From an uncultured Gammaproteobacteria bacterium (GTDB lineage Bacteria > Pseudomonadota > Gammaproteobacteria > JAKDMP01), in contig CAZPJI010000002.1 of the NCBI GenBank assembly GCA_964586925.1, positions 64,039 through 128,038 of the forward strand: DNA of 64,000 bases, given 5' to 3'. Below, piece by piece: positions 19,582 to 28,083 of this stretch; the first letter of the stretch is position 1; each line of letters opens with the position of its first letter. A program made the position numbers and the translations under genes. The notes beneath the pieces were generated by a model. That model saw only the letters and a program-made list of their open reading frames with translations. It had not been told where the DNA came from and did no database searches.

Positions 19582-20189
19582 GAATTCACTTCCAGCAGAT
19601 GCCGCAGATCCTTGACCAAGCCTTCGGGATTCGCGTGTTTGGAGAATGTCATCATCAATAACCCGTTGGGATCCACGATATAAATGCCGCCTGCCGGACG
19701 CAGCGCCGTGAACTGGCGCATGAAATCCCTGCCGGCCGTTCCCGAACTCAGAGTCATCGTCACCCCGGGCCAGTCGGCGGCAAACCCGGCGCCGGGCGCA
19801 TCCTTGGCGGGCGCGACGTAGAGCCGCTGCACATTACGCATGTGCTCGCCCGTTGCGAGACGTGCCTGGCGCATGGCATACAAGGCCGCCTTGCAATCAG
19901 CGTGGCACGATCCGGTGCCGATGTAAACCAAGGTCCAGTGACCGGAGAAATAATCGGTCGGCAGAGCCGTTTGCTTCGCGGCAGCCGGCGACGACGTGGT
20001 CGGAGCCCGCACCAGACCCTTGACGGTTATTTTAACCGGCGGGCGGACCAGTTGGCCGTGATTGGTGTGCCCCAGGGCAAACCAGGTCGGATGGAAATAC
20101 ACCAGCACCGCGAAAATCAGCGGGATCAGGACCACCACGAGAATAAGGGCGGGCGTCAGCCAGACCCGTTTTGCGGCTTTTGTCATCGT
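19578..20189 (-). CDS. SCO1/SenC-like thioredoxin-fold copper chaperone (divergent CxxxC = CHADC), membrane anchored
   Basis: N-terminal TM helix, then GHWTLVYIGTGSCHADC aligning to the SCO GKWxLVYFGFTHCPDIC region, YIVDPNG (cf. SCO YLIDPDG), and a downstream conserved His. It lies between SURF1 and ctaB. Start chosen at MTKAAKRV. The ORF extends further upstream to 20273. Confidence 0.6.
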   Translation of the reverse strand, partial: TMTKAAKRVWLTPALILVVVLIPLIFAVLVYFHPTWFALGHTNHGQLVRPPVKITVKGLVRAPTTSSPAAAKQTALPTDYFSGHWTLVYIGTGSCHADCKAALYAMRQARLATGEHMRNVQRLYVAPAKDAPGAGFAADWPGVTMTLSSGTAGRDFMRQFTALRPAGGIYIVDPNGLLMMTFSKHANPEGLVKDLRHLLEVNS

Positions 20190-20929
20190 CTGCTTTCTCC
20201 GTGGGAACGCCGCAGGGCACGCAGCGTCAGTATCAACCAAACTATAAATACCGTTACGGCCAGACCGATCCACTGGGCCATGTAACCGTAATTTTCGTCC
20301 GGGCCGTGGGCCGGCCGGAACCGCCAGGCCCGGTCATAGCCCCCCGGCCCATTGGGGACCAGCCACAGGATCCGGCGCTGCAACCCGGGGCCGTACAAGG
20401 CCTCCAGGTCCTTCCACCGCGGATACAGCAGGTACCTGGGCCACTGCCCTTTCACGCTGTCCCGGCCCTCGAGCCGGACGCCGGCCCGGGACAGATCGGC
20501 AAGGTAGCCGGTGACCCTTATCGTTCCCGCGGGCGGGGCCAATGCCACGCGGGTATGCCCTTGCGGATTGGCCGGGACCCAACCGCGGTTGACGAGCAGA
20601 ATGTGCCCGCCGGACAGGCTTAAAGGCGTAACCACCTCGGCCCCCACTGCCGGGCCGTTGGGCTGAGGCCGTTCGATGAAAATGATCTGGTGGTCTCCAT
20701 CATACTGCCCCACCGCGGACACATGCGCATAAGGCGGCAGTTTTGCCACGCCTGCAATCGGCAACGGCCGAGCCGACCCTTGCCGTGCGACCGCATAGGC
20801 GTGCAGCAGTACTGAACGTTCCTGCGCACGGTGATACTGCCAAAGCGCCAAACGCGCGAACAGGGCCACGACCGCCACCATCATCAAAGTCAGCAGCCAG
20901 AAGGCAATCTTGGCGCGCATGTTCATCAA
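20183..20929 (-). CDS. SURF1 family cytochrome oxidase assembly protein
   Basis: 248 aa with N- and C-terminal TM helices and RGWVP, ALWQYHR-type motifs. Located within the cox cluster. Confidence 0.85.
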   Translation of the reverse strand: MMNMRAKIAFWLLTLMMVAVVALFARLALWQYHRAQERSVLLHAYAVARQGSARPLPIAGVAKLPPYAHVSAVGQYDGDHQIIFIERPQPNGPAVGAEVVTPLSLSGGHILLVNRGWVPANPQGHTRVALAPPAGTIRVTGYLADLSRAGVRLEGRDSVKGQWPRYLLYPRWKDLEALYGPGLQRRILWLVPNGPGGYDRAWRFRPAHGPDENYGYMAQWIGLAVTVFIVWLILTLRALRRSHGESRR

Positions 20930-20970
20930 TATGAGAACATACTCATCACGCCCTGACCCACGGAAACGCC

Positions 20971-21171
20971 TTGGTCATCCACATTGTCCTGATCGTGCTT
21001 TTCCTGATCGTGGTCGCCACGCTGTTTCAGGCCCTGTTTTTCCTGGCGCACGACAAGGGCGAAAGCAAGCGAACGGTAAAAGCGCTTTCCTGGCGGATCG
21101 GACTTTCCGTACTGCTGTTCGTACTCATCATCGTCCTCTGGGCCGTGGGATTACTGAAACCGGCCGCCTGA
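20971..21171 (+). CDS. Twin transmembrane helix small protein (DUF2909), cox-cluster associated, 66 aa
   Basis: Two hydrophobic helices separated by a DKGESKRTVKALSWRIGLS linker, the pattern of the 'twin transmembrane helix small protein' family found in aa3 oxidase clusters. It is encoded on the strand opposite the rest of the cluster. Confidence 0.55.
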   Translation: MVIHIVLIVLFLIVVATLFQALFFLAHDKGESKRTVKALSWRIGLSVLLFVLIIVLWAVGLLKPAA

Positions 21172-21233
21172 TCAAAGCCACCTGCAAGACTTCCTTGCTC
21201 GCCATCCTGGCTACGTCGGGCAACATTCCAATA

Positions 21234-21261
21234 CTCTTGCAAAGGCGCCAAGACGCAAAGG
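21234..21261. repeat. YCTTTGCG-array repeat, reverse orientation (ctcttgcaaaggcgccaagacgcaaagg), family B. A weaker copy ctctgcgtctttgtgagag lies at 21346-21367
   Basis: Intergenic, between the DUF2909 gene and coxC. The reverse complement reads cctttgcg tcttggcg cctttgca agag. Confidence 0.5.
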
Positions 21262-21380
21262 ATTCAATAAAAACCTCGAACCGACGAAACCCGGCGCTAC
21301 GAAAAGCGCATTTCGTCTCTCTAGACCTCCGTCTTCTCGTCGGTCTCTGCGTCTTTGTGAGAGATAATCCGAATTCCGGA

Positions 21381-22256
21381 CTATAGCCAATACACGAAGA
21401 GGTACAGGCCGAGCCAGACGACGTCGACGAAATGCCAGTACCAGGCGATGGCTTCGAAACCGAAGTGATGGTGTTCGTTGAAATGTCCACGCATGACGCG
21501 GATCCAGATCACGAACAATCCGATAGCGCCAATGGTGACGTGCGTGCCATGGAACCCGGTCAACACGAAGAACGTCGTGCCGTAGATGCCGGTAGCCAAC
21601 TTCAGATTCTGGGCGGTGTAGGCGTGGATGTACTCATGCGCCTGCGAGGCAACGAAAGCGAACCCAAGCAGGAATGTCAGGGCCAGAAAAACCTTGACCA
21701 GACCACGGTGGTTGTTCTTCAAACCCCAGTGGGCAATGGTCACGGTGATGGCACTGGTCAACAGCAGCGCCGTGTTCATGGCGGCGATGCCACCGGCGCC
21801 CATGCCTTCGAAGTGCCCATTCAGCAGGCCCGGGCCATTAGACGGCCAGTGGCTCAGGAAATGCGGCCACAACAACACGCTCGTGAACAGGTTGTTACTG
21901 GCGCCGGCCAGCCAGGGAAGCACGAATACACGCGCGTAGAACAAAGCCCCGAAGAAGGCACCGAAGAAAAACACCTCCGACGTGATAAAGAACACCATGC
22001 CCCAGCGGAAACTGCTGTCTTCCAGGGCGCGGTAGGCTCCAGTTTCACTTTCGTGGATCACCGCAGCCCACCAGCCGAACATGCTCACCAGTAGAACGGC
22101 GACTCCGAAAAACAGGATGGAAAGCCCAAGCGTTTTGTCACCGCTCAAGAAATTGGCAAACCCGAACAGCATCGAGAACAGGCCGACGGTCGCGGAAAAC
22201 GACCAGGGCGAACTATGCGGCAGGAAATAACGTGGTGCGCTGGTGCTGGTGCTCAT
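21381..22256 (-). CDS. coxC: Cytochrome c oxidase subunit III
   Basis: 291 aa, 7 TM helices, HFVDVVWLGLYLFVYWL C-terminal signature of COX3. Confidence 0.9.
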   Translation of the reverse strand: MSTSTSAPRYFLPHSSPWSFSATVGLFSMLFGFANFLSGDKTLGLSILFFGVAVLLVSMFGWWAAVIHESETGAYRALEDSSFRWGMVFFITSEVFFFGAFFGALFYARVFVLPWLAGASNNLFTSVLLWPHFLSHWPSNGPGLLNGHFEGMGAGGIAAMNTALLLTSAITVTIAHWGLKNNHRGLVKVFLALTFLLGFAFVASQAHEYIHAYTAQNLKLATGIYGTTFFVLTGFHGTHVTIGAIGLFVIWIRVMRGHFNEHHHFGFEAIAWYWHFVDVVWLGLYLFVYWL

Positions 22257-22286
22257 TGTCTTGACTTCCCCTTGGTCTCCAGGTGT

Positions 22287-22379
22287 TCAGTGTGCCGGCG
22301 AATGGAAATAGCGCTGTATCAGGAATGCGCCTACGTAAAAGGCCAACGCCAGCATCCCGAGAACAACAGCCGTGATCAT
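22287..22379 (-). CDS. Possible very small single-TM protein between coxA and coxC (30 aa from ATG; the ORF extends upstream through a basic RRKRRR stretch)
   Basis: MITAVVLGMLALAFYVGAFLIQRYFHSPAH: a hydrophobic helix preceded by basic residues, in the 163-bp coxA-coxC gap where ctaG would normally be. The start is uncertain. Confidence 0.25.
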   Translation of the reverse strand: MITAVVLGMLALAFYVGAFLIQRYFHSPAH

Positions 22380-22419
22380 GATGCGGCGGCGCTTGCGACG
22401 ATCCGGTACGGGCGCCTTC

Positions 22420-24006
22420 TCAGGGCACATCCGGGGCGTCTTCAAAGGTGTGATAGGGCGCCGGCGAGGGCACGGTCCATTCCAATCCATGTGCGCCTTC
22501 CCAGACGCGGTCCGTGGCCTTTTTGCCGCGGTAAACGGTTCGGATCACGTTGTACAGGAATATGAGCTGGGTCACGCCGAACACGAAGCCTCCAATCGAG
22601 GACAGGAGGTTAAGGTCGGCGAACTGCAGCGCATAATCGGGCACGCGGCGCGGCATGCCGGCAAGGCCCAGGAAATGCTGCGGGAAAAACAACACGTTGA
22701 ACGAGATCACCGACAGCCAGAAATGCCATTTTCCGAGCGCCTCGTTGTACATGTGCCCGGTCCATTTCGGCAGCCAGTAGTACACGCCGGCAAACAGTGC
22801 CATCAGCGTGCCGCCCACCAGCACGTAATGGAAATGCGCGACCACAAAATAACTGTTGTGGTACTGCAGGTCCGCCGGCACGAGCGCGAGCATCACGCCA
22901 CTGAACCCGCCAATGGTAAACAGGAACAGAAACCCTATCGCGAACAGCATCGGCGTCTCGAAGGTCAGCGAACCGCGCCACATCGTCGCCACCCAGTTGA
23001 ATATCTTGATGCCCGTCGGAATGGCGATGAACATCGTGGAATACATGAAGAACAATTCCGCAGCCGTCGGCATGCCCGAGGTGAACATGTGGTGCGCCCA
23101 CACGACGAAGGACACGAAAGCGATCGAGGCGGTCGCGTAAACCATTGCGGTATAGCCGAACAACGGCTTGCGCGAGAAGGTCGGAATGACCTCGGAGATG
23201 ATGCCGAAAGCCGGCAGGATCATCACGTACACTTCGGGATGGCCGAAGAACCAGAACACGTGCTGCCACAGGATCGGCGACCCGCCGCCGGCCGCGTTGA
23301 AGAAGCTGGTGCCGAAGAAACGGTCGAAGAGCAGCATCGTGACGCCCCCGGCCAGCACCGGCATGATCGCGATCAACAGAAACGCTGTCACGAACCAGGT
23401 CCAGACGAACAACGGCATCTTCAGCAGCTTCATGTCCGGCGCGCGCAGGTTGAGGATCGTCGAGATGATGTTGATCGAGCCGAGGATCGAAGAGATACCC
23501 ATCAAATGCACGGCGAAGATCATGAACGGGAACGCATACGGCGTCTGCTCGACCTGAGGTGCGTACATCGTCCAGCCCATGGCCGGTGCTCCACCGGGCA
23601 TGACCAGGGTCGATATCAGCATGGTCATACCGGCCACAAGCAACCAGAAACTCCAGTTGTTCAGGCGCGGCAGGGCCATGTCGGGCGCGCCGATCTGCAT
23701 CGGCACCATCCAGTTGGCAAAACCCACCAACGCGGGCATCAGCACGCCGAAGATCATGATGAGCCCGTGCAGGGTCATCATTTCGTTGAAGAAGGCGGGG
23801 TCGACCACCTGCAGGCCGGGCTCGGCCAACTCGGAGCGGATGACCATGGCCATGGCGCCGCCCACGAACAGCATGATCAACGAAAACACCAGGTACAGCG
23901 TTCCGATGTCCTTGTGATTCGTAGTGGTAATCCAGCGCATGATGCCCTTGGCCGGGCCATGGTGCGCATCGGCATGCCCGTGTGCTGCCGTCATTTCACT
24001 GCTCAT
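22420..24006 (-). CDS. coxA: Cytochrome c oxidase subunit I
   Basis: 528 aa, 12 TM helices, heme/CuB histidine ligands (WAHHMF, HFHYV, GHPEVYVMILPAFG). Confidence 0.93.
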   Translation of the reverse strand: MSSEMTAAHGHADAHHGPAKGIMRWITTTNHKDIGTLYLVFSLIMLFVGGAMAMVIRSELAEPGLQVVDPAFFNEMMTLHGLIMIFGVLMPALVGFANWMVPMQIGAPDMALPRLNNWSFWLLVAGMTMLISTLVMPGGAPAMGWTMYAPQVEQTPYAFPFMIFAVHLMGISSILGSINIISTILNLRAPDMKLLKMPLFVWTWFVTAFLLIAIMPVLAGGVTMLLFDRFFGTSFFNAAGGGSPILWQHVFWFFGHPEVYVMILPAFGIISEVIPTFSRKPLFGYTAMVYATASIAFVSFVVWAHHMFTSGMPTAAELFFMYSTMFIAIPTGIKIFNWVATMWRGSLTFETPMLFAIGFLFLFTIGGFSGVMLALVPADLQYHNSYFVVAHFHYVLVGGTLMALFAGVYYWLPKWTGHMYNEALGKWHFWLSVISFNVLFFPQHFLGLAGMPRRVPDYALQFADLNLLSSIGGFVFGVTQLIFLYNVIRTVYRGKKATDRVWEGAHGLEWTVPSPAPYHTFEDAPDVP

Positions 24007-24869
24007 TTACTGCCCTCCGCGACTAATGCAGGCGCCGACTTGACCGTATTTACGGCTACCGGTTGCGCTCCCCGCTCATGTGAATGAAGCCACTGATCGA
24101 ACTCGGTCTTCGGCTTCGCCACGACTACGATCGGCATATAAGCATGCCCGGCACCGCATATCTGGTTGCACACCCCGCGATATACCCCGGGTTTATCGAC
24201 ATTGATCCACATCTGGGTCACGAAACCCGGGATCGCATCCTGTTTTTCGCCGAAATCAGGCACCCACCAACTGTGAATAACGTCGCCCGAGGTGATGAGG
24301 AGAAGGACCTTCTCATGAGTAGGCACCACCAACGGGTGATTTACATCCTGCAGGTAGTGCTTGTCGGTCCAGGGGGATTTCTTTGAATCGAGATTCATCC
24401 GCTCTTCGCTGGCCAATGCGATACGGCTATAGAACCCATACAGCGGCTTGGCGGCGGGCGAGAGATATTCATACTTCCAGAGCCACTGGTAACCGGTAAT
24501 ACGGATGCGCAACTGCGCATGATGATAATTCTGGACCTTGAGAAGAACCAGCGTCGACGGAATCGCCAATGCCACCAGGATCAGGAAGGGTGCGATGGTC
24601 CAGGCTACTTCGAACTTGAGGTTTTCGTGGAACTGGGAGGCCTCGGGCCGGCGCGAACGACGATGAAAGATAATGGACCACGTCATGGCGCCGAACACCA
24701 CGACTGCGATGCCGACCATCATCCAGATTGCGAACATATGCAGTTCGTAGGTCTGGTGGCTGACCGGAGTCACGCCCTTCGGCATGTTCCAGTCCGCCGC
24801 CCATGCCCCCGGCGCCGCAGCCAGACCGGCAATAACACCCGCCCAGCGAACCAGACTCCATTTCCTCAT
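24003..24869 (-). CDS. coxB: Cytochrome c oxidase subunit II (CuA site)
   Basis: Signal peptide MRKWSLVRWAGVIAGLAAAPGAWA, two TM helices, and the CuA motif H...CNQICGAGHAYMP. The ORF could also start at 24899. Confidence 0.88.
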   Translation of the reverse strand: MRKWSLVRWAGVIAGLAAAPGAWAADWNMPKGVTPVSHQTYELHMFAIWMMVGIAVVVFGAMTWSIIFHRRSRRPEASQFHENLKFEVAWTIAPFLILVALAIPSTLVLLKVQNYHHAQLRIRITGYQWLWKYEYLSPAAKPLYGFYSRIALASEERMNLDSKKSPWTDKHYLQDVNHPLVVPTHEKVLLLITSGDVIHSWWVPDFGEKQDAIPGFVTQMWINVDKPGVYRGVCNQICGAGHAYMPIVVVAKPKTEFDQWLHSHERGAQPVAVNTVKSAPALVAEGSK

Positions 24870-24885
24870 TCCTGTGTCTCCATGT

Positions 24886-25452
24886 TCAAAGCTGACCACT
24901 CGGCATCGGACCCGTTATTTTAGCCCCCGACAGCCAGGCTGTCGGGCCCAGCAATTGCCGCAACCGCGCCGCCAATGCAGCCCGGGCTTCTTCGTCCAGC
25001 GCCCGTGCAATCTCTACGGCCACGCCCCGTGACCGTATGATCAGCGCGGGGCGCGGGTTGCTGCATTCTTCGACGCGCGCCCAGTAACGATCCATTTCGA
25101 CCCGCATTTCCAGGCGTCGGCGTCCATACTCGACGACAACCTCACGCTCATATACCGTTACGATTTCCCGCGAGCGGTTTGCCGTCAAACAGGCCAGAAT
25201 CGCGGCAAAAAGCACAAAAACACCACCCTCGTAAGCAGCCACAGGCCACCAGCCCGCCGCAACGCCCGCCGCCAACCCGATAGCCAGGTTCAGTGCAAGG
25301 CCACCGGCCAGGATCAGTCCCAGCCCCTGCCAGCTCAGCGATTGGTTGCGCCGTATAACTATACGGGTGATGATGGGATCGGTAGAAATCACGGCATCAA
25401 GGGCTTGCAACCGGGAAAATGATACTCCATGGCCTGTTCCGCGGCAAACCAC
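24886..25452 (-). CDS. DUF2244-like integral membrane protein associated with cytochrome oxidase (start uncertain)
   Basis: Two adjacent TM helices (GLGLILAGGLALNLAIGLAAGVAAGWWPVAAYEGGVFVLFAAILACL), then a soluble tail with REIVTVYEREVVVEYGRR. Its position upstream of coxB matches DUF2244 family context. Confidence 0.45.
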   Translation of the reverse strand: MVCRGTGHGVSFSRLQALDAVISTDPIITRIVIRRNQSLSWQGLGLILAGGLALNLAIGLAAGVAAGWWPVAAYEGGVFVLFAAILACLTANRSREIVTVYEREVVVEYGRRRLEMRVEMDRYWARVEECSNPRPALIIRSRGVAVEIARALDEEARAALAARLRQLLGPTAWLSGAKITGPMPSGQL

Positions 25453-25457
25453 ACATC

Positions 25458-26135
25458 ATGAGGCAAAACCTGTCACGCTGGCTCTCGGCGGGCTGCCTGC
25501 TGTGCGGCGATGCCGGCTCGGACGGCCTCTGCACCCCCTGCTTCCATGACCTGCCCTGGAATGATCATGCCTGCGTACGCTGCGCATTGCCCTTGCCGGC
25601 ACTGGCCACCGAGTTGTGCGGAGCCTGTAGCCGGTCTGCGCCGCGATTCGATGAAGCCTACGCCGCCTTCCGCTATGCCTGGCCCGTGGATCGCCTGCTC
25701 CAACAATTCAAGTTTCGTGGCCACTTGGCACAAGGGCACACGCTCTCCACGGCACTTGCCGAATATCTCGACATGCGTGGTGCCGCCCATCCGGACATAT
25801 TGCTGCCCGTGCCGTTGCACCACCGCAGGCTTGCGGCACGTGGCTTCAATCAAGCCGGTGAAATCGCTCGCACGATAGGAAAAGCGCTGGATATACCCGT
25901 TGCTTACAGCGCCCTGCGGCGAATTCGCGCCACGCCCGCGCAGCGCAGCCTCGACCGCAAGGCACGGCGCGCCAATCTGAAAGGAGCTTTCGCAAGCTGC
26001 CGGAGTTTTGCCGGATTGCACATCGGCCTCGTGGATGATGTCATCACCACCAGCAGCACCACCAACGCTGCGGCTCACGCCGTGGCCCGGGCGGGTGCTG
26101 TGCGAATCAGCGTTTACGCCCTCGCCCGCGCCTGA
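25458..26135 (+). CDS. ComF/GntX family phosphoribosyltransferase-domain protein
   Basis: N-terminal Cys-rich zinc finger (CLLCG...CTPC...CVRCALP) and C-terminal PRTase motif GLVDDVITTSSTT. Confidence 0.8.
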   Translation: MRQNLSRWLSAGCLLCGDAGSDGLCTPCFHDLPWNDHACVRCALPLPALATELCGACSRSAPRFDEAYAAFRYAWPVDRLLQQFKFRGHLAQGHTLSTALAEYLDMRGAAHPDILLPVPLHHRRLAARGFNQAGEIARTIGKALDIPVAYSALRRIRATPAQRSLDRKARRANLKGAFASCRSFAGLHIGLVDDVITTSSTTNAAAHAVARAGAVRISVYALARA

Positions 26136-26148
26136 AGATACCAAGCCC

Positions 26149-27687
26149 TTATCGCGCCGGGTCGTACTCGATTTCGGAATCCGGCCGCACGGCGATCAGG
26201 CGGCGTTGGATCGGCCGGGCGAACAGGGCGAGCAAAACCCCTACCCCGATGCCCACCGCGGCGATGGTGAGGTAGATGTGGGGCATGTCATGCACGTCGT
26301 GCGCACTGAAACGACCCGCGATCAGGCCGGCCAGCAACTCACCGAGGGCCAGGAACAGAAACCAGGCCCCCATCATGCGGCCGCCGTAGCCGCGCGGTGC
26401 GAGCTTGGTGGTCGCCGACAGGCCCACCGGACTCAGGCACAACTCGCCGATGGTATGCAGCAGATAGGTCAGCGCCAACCAGGTCGGCAACGCCTTGTGC
26501 CCGGCAACCACGACCCAGGCGGCGCCGGTCATCACCAGGAAACCGATGCCCATGAAGATCATGCCGAGGGCGAACTTGAGCGGCGTCGAAGGATCGAGGT
26601 TGCGCCGCCCCAGCCAGATCCACAGCCAGGCGAAGAACGGCGCCAACACGATGATGAGCAGGGAGTTCTCGCTCTGGAACCAGGACGCCGGGAAATTCCA
26701 GCCGAATACGCTGAGTTGTGTGTAGCGCTCGGCGAAGAGATTGAAGTTGGAGCCGGCCTGCTCGTAGCCCGCCCAGAACAGCACCTGGACCAGCAGAAGA
26801 ATGGCCAGCGCCGCCAGTCGTTTTCGATCACGGGCACTCAACTCACCCCGAAAAAACACCCAGGCGAGAAAACCCAACCCGAGAGCGAGGAGCAAAAACC
26901 CTGACCACACCGCAAGCGCGTGCGGATGATAGACAATCACTCCGAGGTAACCCAACACCACCAGGAGCGCCAGGATGCCAAGGCCCAGGACCAGTGCAGA
27001 CCAACCGCGGCGCCGGGAACGGCGCTCGAGCGTCGCATCCTGGAAATGCCCGGGCACACCGCGCCCCGCGTTGCCGAGGTAACGGATCGTGTAGCGATAC
27101 TGGATCAGGCCCAGTACCATGCCGACACCCGCCGCCGCAAAGCCGTAGTGCCAATTCACCTTCTGGCCAAGGAACCCGCACACGAGGGGGCCTATAAAGC
27201 CGCCCAGGTTGATGCCCATGTAATAAATCGAAAACCCGGCATCGCGCCGCGAACCGCTTTCCGGATAAAGATCGCCCACCATGGCACTCGCATTCGGCTT
27301 CAGCAATCCCGTGCCCAGCACGATCAGGATCAGGCCGATAAAGAAGGATTCCTTGCTGGGGATTGCCAGCGTGAAGTGGCCGAGCGCGATGATGATGCCC
27401 CCGTACCAGACAGACCGCTGCTGGCCCAGCAGGCGATCGGCGATCCAGCCGCCGGGCAACGAAGTCAGGTAGACGCCCGCCATATAGAGTCCGTAGATCG
27501 CAGTCGCCGTCTTGTCGGTAAAGCCGAGCCCGCCTTGCTTGACCGCCGCGGCCATGAACAAGATCAACAGCGCGCGCATGCCGTAGAAGCTGAAGCGCTC
27601 CCACATCTCGGTGAAAAACAGTGTCGCAAGACCGCGCGGATGGCCCAACCAGGTTTTCAACTCGGGGGCGGATGCCTGATCGCTCAT
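26149..27687 (-). CDS. Proton-dependent oligopeptide transporter (POT/PTR2 family, MFS)
   Basis: 512 aa, ~14 TM helices. POT signatures ERFSFYGMRALL and GGWIADRLLGQQRSVWYGGIIIALGH. Confidence 0.85.
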   Translation of the reverse strand: MSDQASAPELKTWLGHPRGLATLFFTEMWERFSFYGMRALLILFMAAAVKQGGLGFTDKTATAIYGLYMAGVYLTSLPGGWIADRLLGQQRSVWYGGIIIALGHFTLAIPSKESFFIGLILIVLGTGLLKPNASAMVGDLYPESGSRRDAGFSIYYMGINLGGFIGPLVCGFLGQKVNWHYGFAAAGVGMVLGLIQYRYTIRYLGNAGRGVPGHFQDATLERRSRRRGWSALVLGLGILALLVVLGYLGVIVYHPHALAVWSGFLLLALGLGFLAWVFFRGELSARDRKRLAALAILLLVQVLFWAGYEQAGSNFNLFAERYTQLSVFGWNFPASWFQSENSLLIIVLAPFFAWLWIWLGRRNLDPSTPLKFALGMIFMGIGFLVMTGAAWVVVAGHKALPTWLALTYLLHTIGELCLSPVGLSATTKLAPRGYGGRMMGAWFLFLALGELLAGLIAGRFSAHDVHDMPHIYLTIAAVGIGVGVLLALFARPIQRRLIAVRPDSEIEYDPAR

Positions 27688-27806
27688 GAATGATCTTCTT
27701 TACGGTTCGCGGCAGCATCCCCCATCGGACATACCAACGTCAACATCGGGGTAACGCGGACTTACCTCCGGCTCCATATTTATCGCAACGGCGCAACGAT
27801 AGAGAG

Positions 27807-27886
27807 GCTGTAGGAGCGACGGTCCCCGTCGCGATAGGCTGTGCCACCGAAGACCGGATCGCGGCCGGGACGTCCGCTCCTACAGC
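27807..27886. repeat. REP-like imperfect palindrome (arms GCTGTAGGAGCGACGGTCCCCGTCGCGAT / ATCGCGGCCGGGACGTCCGCTCCTACAGC)
   Basis: Two ~29-bp arms that are near-reverse-complements, separated by a ~22-bp loop. The same unit family recurs at 47815, 48139 and 50781. Confidence 0.7.
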
Positions 27887-27971
27887 AGCCAAGATTTCCG
27901 GAATCCCTCCGGGTTCCACTCCCTTGCTACGCGAGCAAAAAGGAGAGTCATCTCGATTTGACGTGGCGGTT

Positions 27972-28073
27972 TCTACGCCTTGGCGAGAGGAACAATCACG
28001 TTCATCTTTGCGATCTTTGCGCCTCTGCGAGATTTATCTCTTTGTTCGTTGCGTCGTGGCGCCTTTGCGAGAG
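27972..28073. repeat. Array of YCTTTGCG / YCTTGGCG octamer units ending in AGAG (dispersed intergenic repeat family B)
   Basis: Contains tctacgccttggcgagagg, tctttgcgatctttgcgcctctgcgagat and gcgtcgtggcgcctttgcgagag. Related arrays occur at 21234, 35291 and 47771. Confidence 0.6.
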
Positions 28074-28083
28074 TTTTTCCGGT

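Noticed and set aside
19572-19592. 18-bp perfect palindrome GTGAATTCATGAATTCAC, and AATTCATGAATT recurring at 31553
   Set aside because: Both fall on start/stop codon junctions (ATGA overlaps) of real genes. The recurrence of a 12-mer containing two EcoRI-like half sites is probably coincidental, with no supporting structure.
22372-24087. 571-aa plus-strand ORF
   Set aside because: It is antisense to cytochrome c oxidase subunit I, which has unmistakable heme/copper-ligand motifs. The His/Arg/Glu-rich translation is an artefact.
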